A DNA stretch of 64,000 bases. It comes from an uncultured Clostridia bacterium. GTDB taxonomy: Bacteria; Acidobacteriota; Blastocatellia; UBA7656; JADIYM01. The stretch covers positions 36,316 through 100,315 of the forward strand of contig CAZQBW010000001.1 in NCBI GenBank assembly GCA_964591515.1, in the 5' to 3' direction. The notes below the pieces were generated by a model. It made no database searches and was not told the origin of the DNA. It worked only from the letters and a program-made list of their open reading frames with translations. A program made the position numbers and the translations under genes. Of the stretch, positions 20,270 to 30,692 are shown piece after piece. Every line of letters begins with the position of its first letter. Position 1 is the first letter of the stretch.

Positions 20270-20318
20270 ACGCCGTCCGGCCGAGCGGCCGGAAACGATG
20301 TACTGCTGGTTTTTCCCT
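20270..20318 (+). terminator. GC hairpin (tccggcc-gagc-ggccgga) followed by a distal T-run between acpP and fabF; attenuator or terminator-like
   Basis: Read in sequence. The T5 run lies about 16 nt from the stem, so weak. Confidence 0.3.
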
Positions 20319-20326
20319 CAAGGAGT

Positions 20327-21574
20327 GTGGTCGTGAATCGACGTGTCGTCGTGACGGGGATCGGCCTCGTCAGCTGCGTCGGCCTGACGGCCGAAGAGAC
20401 GTGGGCGTCGCTCGTGGCGGGTCGCGGCGGTATCGGTCCCATTACGCGCTTTGACGCGGGTGCGTTCCGATGCCGTTTTGCCGGCGAGGTCAAGGGATTC
20501 GAACCCGAGAAGTTCATCCCGAAGAAGGAGATCAAGAAGTTCGATACGTTCATCCACTACGCGGTTGCGGCCGCGAAGGAGGCGATCGAAGCTTCGGGTC
20601 TCCAGGTGACCGATGAGAATGCCGAACGGTTCGGCACCTACATCGGATCCGGCATCGGCGGGTTTGCCATTATCGAGCGCGAGCACGAGGCGTTCCTCAA
20701 GGGAGGACCGAACCGGATCTCGCCTTTCTTCATTCCCGCCGCCATTATCAACCTGGCGAGCGGGTATGTCTCGATCACTTTCGGGCTGAAGGGCCCGAAC
20801 TCGGCAACGGCGACGGCCTGCTCGTCCGGCGCGCACGCGGTAGGCGACAGCTTCAAGATCGTCCAGCGAGGCGATGCCGACGTCATGGTCTGCGGAGGCG
20901 CCGAAGCGGCCATTACACCGATGGGTGTCGGTGGGTTTGCCGCGATGCGCGCGCTGTCGTTCCGCAACGACGAGCCTGGACTCGCGAGCCGCCCGTTCGA
21001 CAAGGACCGCGACGGCTTTGTGATCGGCGAGGGCGCAGGCATTCTCGTCCTCGAGGAACTCGAGCACGCGAAGGCGCGCGGCGCGAAGATCATCGCCGAG
21101 GTCGTCGGTTACGGCATGACGGGCGATGCGTTCCACATTACCCAGCCGTCGGAAAACGCCGACGGTGCTCGCCGGGTGATGGAAGCGGCAATCCGCGACG
21201 CTGGCATCCAGCCCGAGGACGTCGACTACATCAATGCCCATGGCACTTCGACTCCCTACAACGACAAGCTCGAGACGCTTGCCATCAAGAGGGTCTTTGG
21301 AGAGCACGCCAAGAGCATTCCGGTGAGCTCGACCAAGTCGATGACCGGGCATCTGCTCGGCGCGGCGGGCGGAGTCGAAGCCGGAATCCTTGCTCTTGCG
21401 ATCGAACGCGGTACGATTCCACCGACGATAAACTACATGACGCCCGACGAGGACTGTGATCTCGATTACGTCCCGAACGAGGCGCGGCACCAGAGCATCA
21501 CGTACGGCCTCTCGAACAGTTTCGGCTTTGGCGGCACCAATGCGGCGCTGCTCATGAAGCGATACGAGGAGTAG
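20327..21574 (+). CDS. fabF: 3-oxoacyl-ACP synthase II
   Basis: GTG start after AAGGAG. KAS active-site region ([28 protein letters not shown]). Confidence 0.9.
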   Translation: MVVNRRVVVTGIGLVSCVGLTAEETWASLVAGRGGIGPITRFDAGAFRCRFAGEVKGFEPEKFIPKKEIKKFDTFIHYAVAAAKEAIEASGLQVTDENAERFGTYIGSGIGGFAIIEREHEAFLKGGPNRISPFFIPAAIINLASGYVSITFGLKGPNSATATACSSGAHAVGDSFKIVQRGDADVMVCGGAEAAITPMGVGGFAAMRALSFRNDEPGLASRPFDKDRDGFVIGEGAGILVLEELEHAKARGAKIIAEVVGYGMTGDAFHITQPSENADGARRVMEAAIRDAGIQPEDVDYINAHGTSTPYNDKLETLAIKRVFGEHAKSIPVSSTKSMTGHLLGAAGGVEAGILALAIERGTIPPTINYMTPDEDCDLDYVPNEARHQSITYGLSNSFGFGGTNAALLMKRYEE

Positions 21575-21670
21575 CCGGACGAATGGAGCGCAGGGGACAA
21601 CAGCCGGGAGACTCGAAGAGCTGCCGGCTCCCTCCGCTTCGTTCGACGGCGTCGATCAAGGAGTGAACCA

Positions 21671-22453
21671 GTGAAGATCGTCGTCTGTATCAAACAGGTC
21701 CCCCGGCGGGACGACCTGCTCCGCATCAATGCGGACAAGACGTGGGTCGATCAGTCGAGCCTCAGTTTCGAGGCCAACGAGTCGGACGCGTACGCCCTTG
21801 AAGAGGCGCTTCGCCTCAAGGAAAAACACGGCGGCGAAGTCATCGTCGCAACTCTCGGGCCCGCAGATGCGAGCAAGACCATCAAGGAAGGTCTTGCAAA
21901 GGGCGCGGACCGCGCCATCCATCTCTGTGACGCCGCGTTCGAGGGGCTCGACGCAGTGGCTACGGCGAAAGCGCTTGCTGCGGCGATCGGGCCCGAGTCA
22001 CCGGATCTTATCTTCACGGGGCTACAGTCGGACGACCTGGGATACGGTCAGACCGGCGTGCTGCTCGCGGAGATGCTCGGCCTTCCGCATGCGTCTATTG
22101 TCATCGCGCTCGAATCGAGCGAAGACGGCGCGACGATGAGAGCGAAGCGCGAGCTCGAGAACGGTTGGTTCCAGTGGGTCTCAATGCAGACACCCGCGCT
22201 GCTGACGATTCAGTCCGGCATCAACAAGCCGCGCTACGCCAGTCTCAAGGGCATCATGGGTGCCAAGAAGAAGCCCGTTGACCAGAAGACGGCTGCGGAC
22301 CTGGGACTCGGCGCGGAGGCGATGGCGCCGCGCGAAGTCATCGGCACGCTCTATATCCCCGTGCGCGAGAAGCAGACGGAGATGCTTGAAGGCGATGCCG
22401 AGACCGTGGCGGCTGCGCTCGTGTCGCGACTACGGGGCAACGGAATCATCTAG
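21671..22453 (+). CDS. etfB: Electron transfer flavoprotein beta subunit
   Basis: MKIVVCIKQVP..., 260 aa. Confidence 0.85.
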   Translation: MKIVVCIKQVPRRDDLLRINADKTWVDQSSLSFEANESDAYALEEALRLKEKHGGEVIVATLGPADASKTIKEGLAKGADRAIHLCDAAFEGLDAVATAKALAAAIGPESPDLIFTGLQSDDLGYGQTGVLLAEMLGLPHASIVIALESSEDGATMRAKRELENGWFQWVSMQTPALLTIQSGINKPRYASLKGIMGAKKKPVDQKTAADLGLGAEAMAPREVIGTLYIPVREKQTEMLEGDAETVAAALVSRLRGNGII

Positions 22454-22492
22454 CGGCGTCGATCGCGCGTCGCGCGATCCGCGGGAGGCATT

Positions 22493-23467
22493 ATGGCGAA
22501 TGGAGTACTGATTTACGCGGAGATTCGCGGGGGCGAGTTGACGAACGCCACGTGGGAATCGATTGCGGCTGGACAGGCGCTCGCGTCGGCACTCGGCACC
22601 ACGGCGAAGGCGGTTCTGATCGGGAGCGGAGTCGGCGAACACGCGGCGAAGGTTGCGACAAAGGACCTCGCCGAGGTGCTGACGATAGAGCACGAGAAGC
22701 TGGCGATGTACACGCCGGACGGATTCGCGGCGGCGATGATCGAGGCTATTCGGGATGTGGACCCGGAGTGGGTGGTGTTCAGCCACTCGTACCAGGTTCG
22801 CGACTTCGCCCCGCGCGTTGCCGCGAGGCTCGACCGGGCGCTCGTTGGCGACGTGATCAAGTTGAAGACCGACGGCGGCAAGGTGACGCTCGTGCGGCAG
22901 ATCTTCCAGGGGAAGATCAATGCTGACGTGACGTGCAGGACTGAGGCGCCTCGGATGATCAGCTTCCAGTCCGGCGCATACCGGACTGACGCAGCGAAGG
23001 ACGGCTCGGCTGCGATTCGGGCGCTTGCGACCGAGGTTGGCTCGGTCGAGATTCGGTGGACCGCCGAAGAACGATTCAAGGAAGTGAAGGGTGCAGTGGA
23101 TCTGTCGGCGGCGCCGCGGATCGTCTCGGTCGGTCGGGGTATCAAGGGCGAAGAGAACCTTGGACTCGTTCGGGATCTGGCCGAAGCACTCGACGCCGAA
23201 GTTGCTGCCTCTAGGCCGATCTGCGACAACGGGTGGCTGCCGATGGATCGGCAGATCGGCAGTTCGGGTCAGACGGTGACGCCGCAACTGTATGTTGCCG
23301 TTGGCATTTCGGGTGCAATTCAGCACGTCGTGGGTATGAAGAATTCGGGAACGATCGTCGCGATCAACAAGGACAAGGAAGCGCCGATTTTCGACCTTGC
23401 GGACTTCGGAGTGGTTGGCGATTTGTTCGAGGTCGTGCCGGCGATCATCAAGAAGCTGAAGGAGTAG
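22493..23467 (+). CDS. etfA: Electron transfer flavoprotein alpha subunit
   Basis: FAD-binding C-terminal region (PQLYVAVGISGAIQHVVGM). Confidence 0.85.
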   Translation: MANGVLIYAEIRGGELTNATWESIAAGQALASALGTTAKAVLIGSGVGEHAAKVATKDLAEVLTIEHEKLAMYTPDGFAAAMIEAIRDVDPEWVVFSHSYQVRDFAPRVAARLDRALVGDVIKLKTDGGKVTLVRQIFQGKINADVTCRTEAPRMISFQSGAYRTDAAKDGSAAIRALATEVGSVEIRWTAEERFKEVKGAVDLSAAPRIVSVGRGIKGEENLGLVRDLAEALDAEVAASRPICDNGWLPMDRQIGSSGQTVTPQLYVAVGISGAIQHVVGMKNSGTIVAINKDKEAPIFDLADFGVVGDLFEVVPAIIKKLKE

Positions 23468-23478
23468 GTCGCGCTCAA

Positions 23479-23571
23479 GGCGTCCCCTTGTCTCTGTGAC
23501 TCTGTGTCTCAGTGCCTCTGTGTGCGAAGCGTCAGAAGAAAGCTGCGCATACAGAGAGCACAGAGGCACAG
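23479..23571. repeat. CACAGAG-family palindromic element
   Basis: tgactctgtgtctcagtgcctctgtg ... cacagaggcacagagtca. Confidence 0.55.
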
Positions 23572-23603
23572 AGTCAATTTTCGCGTGATCGAGAACCTTC
23601 TCA

Positions 23604-24317
23604 ATGCGCATTGTTCTCGTCCGTCCCCGCGATCCCAATAATGTCGGCGCGGCCGCGCGCGCGATGGCGAACTTCGGATTCGAGGACCTTGTCGTCGTAG
23701 ATCCCTGGGAGCCGACGTGGCGCGAGGCGAAGTCCGCAGTTGGCGCTTCGCACGTTCTAGAGTCGGCCAGGTCGGTCTCGACGCTCGAAGAGGCGATCGG
23801 CGACTGCCACCACGTCATCGCGACGACGGCCGCGACAGGTCGACAGCTCTCAGAAGCGCTGGACCCGGTTGTCGCATTCGCCTCGATGCGGGAGCAGGGA
23901 ATCGAGCCCTCCCGGGCTGCGATTCTGTTTGGGAACGAGAAACACGGACTGACGTCCGAGGAGCTCGATCGCGCCCACGCCGTTGTCGTTGTCCCGACGA
24001 GTGCGCGACAGCCATCGATGAACCTCTCGCACGCTGTAACGGTGATTGTGTGGGAGGCTTCGCGTGCATTCGGCGCCGCCACGGGAGCCTCCGAGCCAGC
24101 CGGGCGTGGAGTGAAACAGCGCGCTACCATCGCCCAGATCGAGCGTCTCGTCGAAGCCGCTACCGGCACGAAACCCGGCGCGGTCGAGTTGGCGAGGCCC
24201 GTCGCCGCGGCCGACCGCTTCCGCCGCCTCCTGCTTAGATCGAACCCCAGCGCTGAAGACATCCAGCTTCTTCACGCTCTCCTGAACCGTCAGTCTGATA
24301 ACGATTCAGCATCGTAA
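23604..24317 (+). CDS. SpoU/TrmH-family RNA 2'-O-methyltransferase (TrmJ-like)
   Basis: MRIVLVRPRDPNNVGAAARAMANFG, LFGNEKHGLT. Confidence 0.75.
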   Translation: MRIVLVRPRDPNNVGAAARAMANFGFEDLVVVDPWEPTWREAKSAVGASHVLESARSVSTLEEAIGDCHHVIATTAATGRQLSEALDPVVAFASMREQGIEPSRAAILFGNEKHGLTSEELDRAHAVVVVPTSARQPSMNLSHAVTVIVWEASRAFGAATGASEPAGRGVKQRATIAQIERLVEAATGTKPGAVELARPVAAADRFRRLLLRSNPSAEDIQLLHALLNRQSDNDSAS

Positions 24318-24442
24318 CTATCTGATCTGTGCCATCTGTTTCAGTCTGTGAGATCTGTGGACCGTCTTGACAACCCCGCGCGTCGGCAGTGATGCTGACC
24401 GGTCCGCGGCAGCGGCAATTCAATCGGAGCAATCGTCACCTT

Positions 24443-26113
24443 ATGTCACAAATCGAGCGCGAGGAGCTGCCCTTTGATGTTGTCTTCGTCGGCGCCGGTC
24501 CGGCGAGTCTCGCCGGGGCGCTCCATCTTGCCAACCTCATCAAGAAGCACAATGCCGGAGGCGGAAAGCTCGGCGAGATCGAGATTGCCGTCATCGAGAA
24601 GGGCGCGGAGGTGGGCGCACACGGTTTGTCCGGCGCAGTGATGGATCCCAAGGCGCTCGCGGAGCTGATGCCGGACTTCCTCGAGCGCGGCTGTCCGATC
24701 GAGGCCCCGGTTGGCGAAGATGCCGTGATGTACCTGACCGGGTCGTCCAAGTTCACACTGCCGGTTACGCCGCCTCCACTCGTCAATCACGGCTACTACG
24801 TGGTGAGCCTCTCGCGATTGCTTCGATGGATGGCTCCGATCTGCGAAGAGGCGGGAGTGAACATATTTCCGGAGTTTCCGGGACAGTCGCTACTGTACGA
24901 CGGGGACCAGGTGGTCGGCGTCCGCACTGGCGACAAGGGAATCGACAAGCACGGGCAACCGAAGGAGAACTTCGAGCCCGGGGTGGATCTGCAGGCGAAG
25001 GTCGTGGTGCTCGGCGAGGGTCCACGCGGAACGTTGACGAAGGAGCTCACCGCCCGAATGAACCTGGACCGCAGGAGCGATCCTCAGGTTTATGCGCTCG
25101 GAGTGAAGGAAATCTGGGAGCTGCCTGACGACCGTCTGGCGGCTGGGACGGTCTACCACACTCTCGGATTCCCGCACTCGAGTGAGACTTTCGGTGGTGG
25201 ATTCCTCTACATGATGAAGGACCGGCTTCTGGACATCGGTCTCGTGACCGGCCTCGATTGCCTGGATCCCCAGATCGACCCCCATCACGAGTTCCAGCGC
25301 TTCAAGACTCATCCGTGGATTGCCAGGCTGCTCGAGGGCGGAAAAATGATCGGCTACGGAGCCAAGGCCATTCCGGAAGGCGGTTACTACTGCATTCCAC
25401 GGCTTCACACCGGCGGGGCGCTCATCGTGGGGGATTCGGGCAGTCTGCTGAACGGTCAGCGGTTGAAGGGGCTCCACACGGCGATGAAGTCGGGAATGCT
25501 CGCGGCTGAGACGATCTTCGACGCGCTCCTGGCGGATGACTTCTCGGCGGACGCGATGTTGCGATACTCGCAGAAGGTCAAATCGAGCTGGATCGAGAAG
25601 GAGCTCTACGAGGTCCGGAATTTCCACCAGGGCTTTGAAAAGGGGCGGATGGCGGGCGTCGTGACGACCGGTATCTCATTCATGACGCGCGGAGTATTTC
25701 CGAAGCGGCTTCCGGTCCACGCTGGCCACCTGAGAATGAAGACGCTGACCGAGTACTACGGCCGAACGGACGTGAAGAAGTACGACATCAAGTTCGACGG
25801 CAAGCTGACCTTCGACAAGGTCACCGACGTCTATCACTCGGGTGCCGCCCACGACGAAGACCAGCCGTGCCACCTGAAGGTCGTCGACACGACCATCTGC
25901 ACGGATCGATGCACCAGGGAGTTCGGCAACCCGTGCGAGCGCTTCTGTCCGGCTGCTGTGTACGAGATGGTCGGAGCGAACGAAGAGCGTCGCCTGCAGA
26001 TCAACTTCTCGAATTGCGTCCACTGCAAGACCTGCGACATTCTGGACCCGTACCAGATCATCAACTGGACGCCGCCTGAAGGTGGCGGGGGACCGAACTA
26101 CAAGCGGATGTAG
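24443..26113 (+). CDS. Electron-transferring-flavoprotein dehydrogenase (ETF:quinone oxidoreductase)
   Basis: FAD motif FDVVFVGAGPASLAGA. C-terminal 4Fe-4S cysteines (CTDRCTREFGNPCERFCP...CVHCKTCDI). Start at internal ATG 24443. Confidence 0.85.
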   Translation: MSQIEREELPFDVVFVGAGPASLAGALHLANLIKKHNAGGGKLGEIEIAVIEKGAEVGAHGLSGAVMDPKALAELMPDFLERGCPIEAPVGEDAVMYLTGSSKFTLPVTPPPLVNHGYYVVSLSRLLRWMAPICEEAGVNIFPEFPGQSLLYDGDQVVGVRTGDKGIDKHGQPKENFEPGVDLQAKVVVLGEGPRGTLTKELTARMNLDRRSDPQVYALGVKEIWELPDDRLAAGTVYHTLGFPHSSETFGGGFLYMMKDRLLDIGLVTGLDCLDPQIDPHHEFQRFKTHPWIARLLEGGKMIGYGAKAIPEGGYYCIPRLHTGGALIVGDSGSLLNGQRLKGLHTAMKSGMLAAETIFDALLADDFSADAMLRYSQKVKSSWIEKELYEVRNFHQGFEKGRMAGVVTTGISFMTRGVFPKRLPVHAGHLRMKTLTEYYGRTDVKKYDIKFDGKLTFDKVTDVYHSGAAHDEDQPCHLKVVDTTICTDRCTREFGNPCERFCPAAVYEMVGANEERRLQINFSNCVHCKTCDILDPYQIINWTPPEGGGGPNYKRM

Positions 26114-26147
26114 GACTTCCGCCGGCGCAGGGAGGAAGGTGATCGGA

Positions 26148-26630
26148 ATGCCCGGTTTCGCACGCGCCGACGCCGAATCGATCGCCGATATTGAGCAGTT
26201 TCTTTGCAGGGCGACCGGGGAGCCGGTCGCCCTCGGTACAGTGTGGATTGCGGACGGCCTGCTCGGACGCACCGTCGCAAGGGTCGCGCGAGCCCGGGCA
26301 ATCACGTTCGGGTCGCTGATCTTCTTCGCCGAAGGGCCGGATCGACCTCGTGCGGAACCTGAGGTTCAGACGTCACTTGAACGATTCGAGAGCCTGCTTG
26401 TCCACGAATGCGTGCATGTTTGGCAGTACCGGCGGGAAGGTTGGATGTTTTTCCTAAGACAATACTTGAAATCCTATTTCTCAGGTATTTGGGTGCGAGG
26501 ATCGATGAGTCGCCTGGCTCGCCACGCCGCGTATGTCGCGATCCCTCTGGAGCAGGAAGCGTTCCGACTCGAGTTGTCCTGGAGCGAAGCGAGGTCGAGC
26601 GGGCGGAGGGGCAGTCGACGGGACGGCTGA
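26148..26630 (+). CDS. Small DUF4157-like protein with HExxH (HECVHVWQY) motif
   Basis: ITFGSLIFFAEG ... LLVHECVHVWQY resembles the DUF4157 metallopeptidase-like signature. Good RBS GGGAGGAAGG. Confidence 0.5.
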   Translation: MPGFARADAESIADIEQFLCRATGEPVALGTVWIADGLLGRTVARVARARAITFGSLIFFAEGPDRPRAEPEVQTSLERFESLLVHECVHVWQYRREGWMFFLRQYLKSYFSGIWVRGSMSRLARHAAYVAIPLEQEAFRLELSWSEARSSGRRGSRRDG

Positions 26631-26821
26631 CCGCCGGATCGCATTCGTTCGCCCGCGTTCCGGGCCAGTCGTAATGGGTTTGGCCGCGCTCGTGTCCACG
26701 AACTGAGCCGGAAGGGCGGGAGCCCTGCTCGGCCCGAAGCTCGCGCTTGGTTCTAATTACTAATTCACTAGATATATCAGTTTTATGTGTGCTGATATTC
26801 GGACTCGAAGGCGCTTGAAAG

Positions 26822-26948
26822 CTGACCGCCGGTCACAATCTCCGGTGCTTTCAAGGCCAGGGGTCAGCCGTCGCGATGCGAATTGGCCGTGACTGCAGAC
26901 GTGACCGTCGGTCAGTCGGCGCGCCGACTTTGTGCTGACTGCCGGTCA
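26822..26948. promoter_or_regulatory. Three copies of the 13-bp palindrome TGAC(C/T)G(C/T)CGGTCA in an ORF-free region; operator-like
   Basis: tgaccgccggtca (26822), tgaccgtcggtca (26902), tgactgccggtca (26936). Confidence 0.35.
26914..26929. repeat. AGTCGGCGCGCCGACT perfect 16-bp palindrome (variant of the GTCGGCGCGCCGAC family)
   Basis: Read in sequence. Confidence 0.7.
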
Positions 26949-27501
26949 GCTTGGACCGGTAGCTCGTATTCGCACAGTGTCAGACGAACAATCCGCCAGA
27001 CCGAACCCGGAGCGAAGCGACGGGCCGGCGATCCAATTGCGTTCAGTTCGGGGAGATCGATCCATGCCGGGGCCGCGACGACTTTCAACTGTCGGATTGT
27101 CAGGCTGGCCGGTCCCAAAGCCGCTACCCGCACGAATTCTTCTTGGCGTCGGCGCGGGCCGCCACTGAAAAGGCGCCAGCCCCGTCGCTACTGCCCGAAG
27201 ATCCAGCCCTTGAACCCGCGACCGACGCGGCCGCGTAACTCGTCTGATCGCAAGCACTTAGCGAACAGGCATCTCATCAGCCGCGGCCGCCCCGCCGTCG
27301 CCTCGCCGCGACGTAACATCTCTAAATACAGCAATTTAGCGTGAACGCATACCTGTGGTTGGGACGGCGTGAAGATACGCGCTGACTGTGCCATAACGTT
27401 CATTATCAGACGCGCTTTATCTCGTGTTCCGCTCGTGATACTCCGGTCAGTCGCCCGTCTACAGCCATGAACTCTGACATCCGATCAGGAGACGCCTCTG
27501 G

Positions 27502-28224
27502 ATGCGAAATGCAACACCTGCCGTTGAAGCAGTCAAAATCACCCGATCGCTCCCTCTTGGATCCGAGACCATCTCGATCCTCCGGGGCCTTTCCTTCACG
27601 ATCGAACACGGAGAATGGGTGGCTCTGACGGGTCCGTCCGGCTCCGGCAAGTCAACGCTTCTCGGGATTCTCGCAGGACTCGACACTCCTACCTCGGGGA
27701 TGATTCGCATCGATGGAACGGACATCGCGCATCTCTCCGAATCCCGTCTCGCACGCCTGCGCAACTCTACGATCGGTGTGGTCTTCCAGTCCTTCAACCT
27801 GATCGCCGCATTGACAGCGCTCGAGAACGTCGAAGCGCCACTTCACGTCCACTCCAGCCGCCGGAGCGCCCGCTCCGCTGCTCGCGAAATGCTCGACCGG
27901 GTCGGACTCTCCGATCGACTCAACCATCGCCCGCACCAGCTTTCCGGAGGTCAACAGCAGCGCGTCGCCATCGCTCGCGCCCTCGTCACGAAACCCGCGC
28001 TGCTCGTAGCCGACGAGCCCACGGGCAACCTCGACACCTCCTCCGGGGCGCTTGTGCTCGACCTGATAGCCGAGTTGAGGCGCGAGCTCTCGATTACCGT
28101 GGTAGTAGCGACCCACGATCCGGACGTCGCGTCGCGGGCCGACCGAATCCTGCACATTGTCGACGGGCGTATCACCCCGTCATTCCCCGAGCTTGTGGCC
28201 GAAGAACTCGTGGAGGTCCGATGA
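27502..28224 (+). CDS. ABC transporter ATP-binding protein (LolD/MacB-type)
   Basis: Walker A GPSGSGKSTLL. Signature LSGGQQQRVAIARAL. Confidence 0.85.
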   Translation: MRNATPAVEAVKITRSLPLGSETISILRGLSFTIEHGEWVALTGPSGSGKSTLLGILAGLDTPTSGMIRIDGTDIAHLSESRLARLRNSTIGVVFQSFNLIAALTALENVEAPLHVHSSRRSARSAAREMLDRVGLSDRLNHRPHQLSGGQQQRVAIARALVTKPALLVADEPTGNLDTSSGALVLDLIAELRRELSITVVVATHDPDVASRADRILHIVDGRITPSFPELVAEELVEVR

Positions 28225-30692
28225 CCCCCACGTTTGTAGTCCGTCACGCTGTGCGCAGCCTCGTGAGGGGCGGTCAACGCAGCCTTCTCGCCATCGTCTG
28301 CGTTGCGACCGGCGTCGCGTCGCTCGTTTCGCTGCAACTGCTTGCGACAATGATCGGTGCGTCCATCGGCGTCGACGGTCGTGCCGTCGTCGGAGGCGAT
28401 GCTTCCCTTTCGCCACAGAGCGGCCGCTTCGACGGTCCGGCCCGCGAAGCGCTCAATCGCCTCGTTTCAGACGGATCCGCGACTGCCGTCACACTTCTGT
28501 CGGAACGTCCCTCAGCACTCCTCACCCACTCGCGCGGCGGGCGAGCCCATTTTCTGAACCGGCTCGTCGGAATCGATCCGACGACGTTCCCTCTGGTCGG
28601 CACAGTCGAGCTTCGTGACTCGTCAGGCACTCATCTCCAAACTCTCCTCGAGCAGCCTCAGTCTGCCATCGTAACTCGTGATATTGCCGATCGAATCGGA
28701 GTCTCTACCGGCGATGAGGTCATTGTCGGCGGCGGCCCCGACGGGCCTCCGGCTTCCCTCTACATCACAGCCATCGCCGAGTTGACGCCGGATCGCCGTG
28801 GAAACACGGTCTATGTCAGCCTCGACACGGCTCGTCTGCTTGCCGCGCGCGAGGACGTCATTACAAGCGTTTCGGTCCTGTGGAGCGACACTCCGCCAAG
28901 CGCCGAGCAACTTGCCTCGGAAGGCTGGGATGTCACGACGCCAGTCGGAGTCGACCAAGAGCGCCAGGACGTCGTGAAGCTATTCGGCACGATGCTCAAG
29001 GGCGCCGGCATCCTCGGACTCCTGCTCGGCGGCATCGGAGTAACGAACACGATGAACGTCCTGCTGGTTCGGCGTCGCGGCGAGATCGCAACGCTGAAGG
29101 CAATTGGGTACGAACGTCGCCATCTGCTCGTGCTTTTCGGACTCGAGGCGGGATTCCTTGGCCTGGCCGGCGGCATTGTCGGATCGACCGTCGGCGTCGT
29201 CCTGTCGGCGTGGCTTCGAGTGCTGCTCGGCCGCACCGGGCCGATCCTCCTCGAGCAATCCTTCAGTCCAGCCACAGTCGCAGGTGGAGTGGCGATCGGC
29301 GTGGCCACGGCCGTGATATTCGGGCTCCACGCCATCATCAGGGCGAGCGCCGTCCGCCCGTCAACGCTGTTTCGAGATCTACCCACCCCGATACGCTGGC
29401 CCGAGACCGTTGCACTCGGAATTGCTCTCGGCGGAGCCTTCGCTTCTCTTGCCTCCATTGTTCTCGGCTCGGTGCTCTATGGCGCCGCAGTAGTCGCCAT
29501 CGGATTCGTCGGGCTCGGCCTGTTGCTCGCCGCGCTCGGAGCCCTGTTCTTCGGCGTGGTGTCCGTTCCGGTCCCGCTTCCGGGACTAGTGGCAATGGCC
29601 CACGCCAACCTGCGTCGAACGCCGGGACGGGCCCTGGTTGCGCTCGTGGCGCTCTTCTGCGGTGTCTTCACGATCGGATTCGCGGCGGGAACACTTCAGA
29701 ACGCAGCAGACAGATTCGCGAGCCGCTCACTGCCCAGCGATGGGATCAACCTCGTTGCATATTCTTCGGCGGATCACTCCGAATCCATCGCCGACGCGAT
29801 TGCCAAGGAGAGTCCCGTCGCTGTCGAACGAACGGTGACGGCGTCCGGGGCGGTCGAGGACCACGACCATCGGTTCACGGGCATCCGCACGCTCACCGGG
29901 ATCGGCGCCGAGCTGCCGTCGGCGGTGGCGCTGAAAGAAGGAGATTGGAAGCCCGACAAAGGACTTGCGCTCCTTCCGGATCGTTATCAGCGTTCCCCAT
30001 TTCCCGCCGCCGTAGGGGACACCCTGTCGGTGCGGGGTTCCTCCGGCGTCTCCGTGGAGGTGCGAATCGGTGGCTTTTACGGAGTCCAGCCCTCGTCGCC
30101 CGTCGAGCCGAGACCATCAGGAGCAATCGTGGATGCTTCGGTAGTCGAGCGTGTGGGCGGAGCAGGTGTGCAGCACGTGTTCGCCGCGAAAGTTGCAGCG
30201 GACGATCTCGACCGCTCGTCGACGGCCGTGGCCTCGGTTTCCCCTGGTTCGATCGTTCTCAGCCGCCGAGACTTCAACGAGATGCTCATCGGCGCCATCC
30301 GCAGTCTCTTTGGCTTCGTTGTAGCAGTGGCGGGATTTGCACTGGCGGCTGGCGCCGTGCTGATCGCCAACGCCGCCGCACTGGTGATGGTCGAGAGACG
30401 GCGCGAGATCGGAGTGCTCAAGGCAATCGGCTTTTCGAGTCGTCGAGTCCTCGCAACCGTCGCAGTCGAATTCGCGACGCTCGGACTCGTCGCAGGTGCT
30501 TCCGGAATCGCGGCGGTTGCGCTGGCTTTCGTGGTCCTGAACAGGGTGCAGCCGAACGCCCACCTCTCGCTCGGTCCGTGGATGTCGGCGGCGATGATCG
30601 GCATCTCGGCGGCGATTGCGCTCGTAAGCTCCATCGCCGCGAGTTGGGCGCCGGCGCGCTGTCGTCCCCTGGACGTCCTGCGACAGGATTAG
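28221..30692 (+). CDS. ABC transporter permease with two FtsX-like domains (MacB/YbbP-like)
   Basis: ATGA overlap with the upstream ATPase. Multiple transmembrane segments. Conserved RRREIATLKAIGY and RRREIGVLKAIGF FtsX motifs. Confidence 0.8.
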   Translation: MTPTFVVRHAVRSLVRGGQRSLLAIVCVATGVASLVSLQLLATMIGASIGVDGRAVVGGDASLSPQSGRFDGPAREALNRLVSDGSATAVTLLSERPSALLTHSRGGRAHFLNRLVGIDPTTFPLVGTVELRDSSGTHLQTLLEQPQSAIVTRDIADRIGVSTGDEVIVGGGPDGPPASLYITAIAELTPDRRGNTVYVSLDTARLLAAREDVITSVSVLWSDTPPSAEQLASEGWDVTTPVGVDQERQDVVKLFGTMLKGAGILGLLLGGIGVTNTMNVLLVRRRGEIATLKAIGYERRHLLVLFGLEAGFLGLAGGIVGSTVGVVLSAWLRVLLGRTGPILLEQSFSPATVAGGVAIGVATAVIFGLHAIIRASAVRPSTLFRDLPTPIRWPETVALGIALGGAFASLASIVLGSVLYGAAVVAIGFVGLGLLLAALGALFFGVVSVPVPLPGLVAMAHANLRRTPGRALVALVALFCGVFTIGFAAGTLQNAADRFASRSLPSDGINLVAYSSADHSESIADAIAKESPVAVERTVTASGAVEDHDHRFTGIRTLTGIGAELPSAVALKEGDWKPDKGLALLPDRYQRSPFPAAVGDTLSVRGSSGVSVEVRIGGFYGVQPSSPVEPRPSGAIVDASVVERVGGAGVQHVFAAKVAADDLDRSSTAVASVSPGSIVLSRRDFNEMLIGAIRSLFGFVVAVAGFALAAGAVLIANAAALVMVERRREIGVLKAIGFSSRRVLATVAVEFATLGLVAGASGIAAVALAFVVLNRVQPNAHLSLGPWMSAAMIGISAAIALVSSIAASWAPARCRPLDVLRQD

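Noticed and set aside
22430-24262. 610-aa minus-strand ORF spanning etfA and the TrmH-like gene
   Set aside because: Antisense to two well-supported genes. Ser/Arg-rich translation.
26883-27344. 153-aa ORF in the 26.6-27.5 kb gap
   Set aside because: Arg/Pro-rich translation without structure. The region is better explained as non-coding, with palindromic operators and an AT-rich island.
27615-28220. N-terminal ~200 aa of the 1025-aa ORF overlapping lolD in another frame
   Set aside because: Arg-rich junk translation. An ATG with ATGA stop/start overlap at 28221 begins the real FtsX permease.
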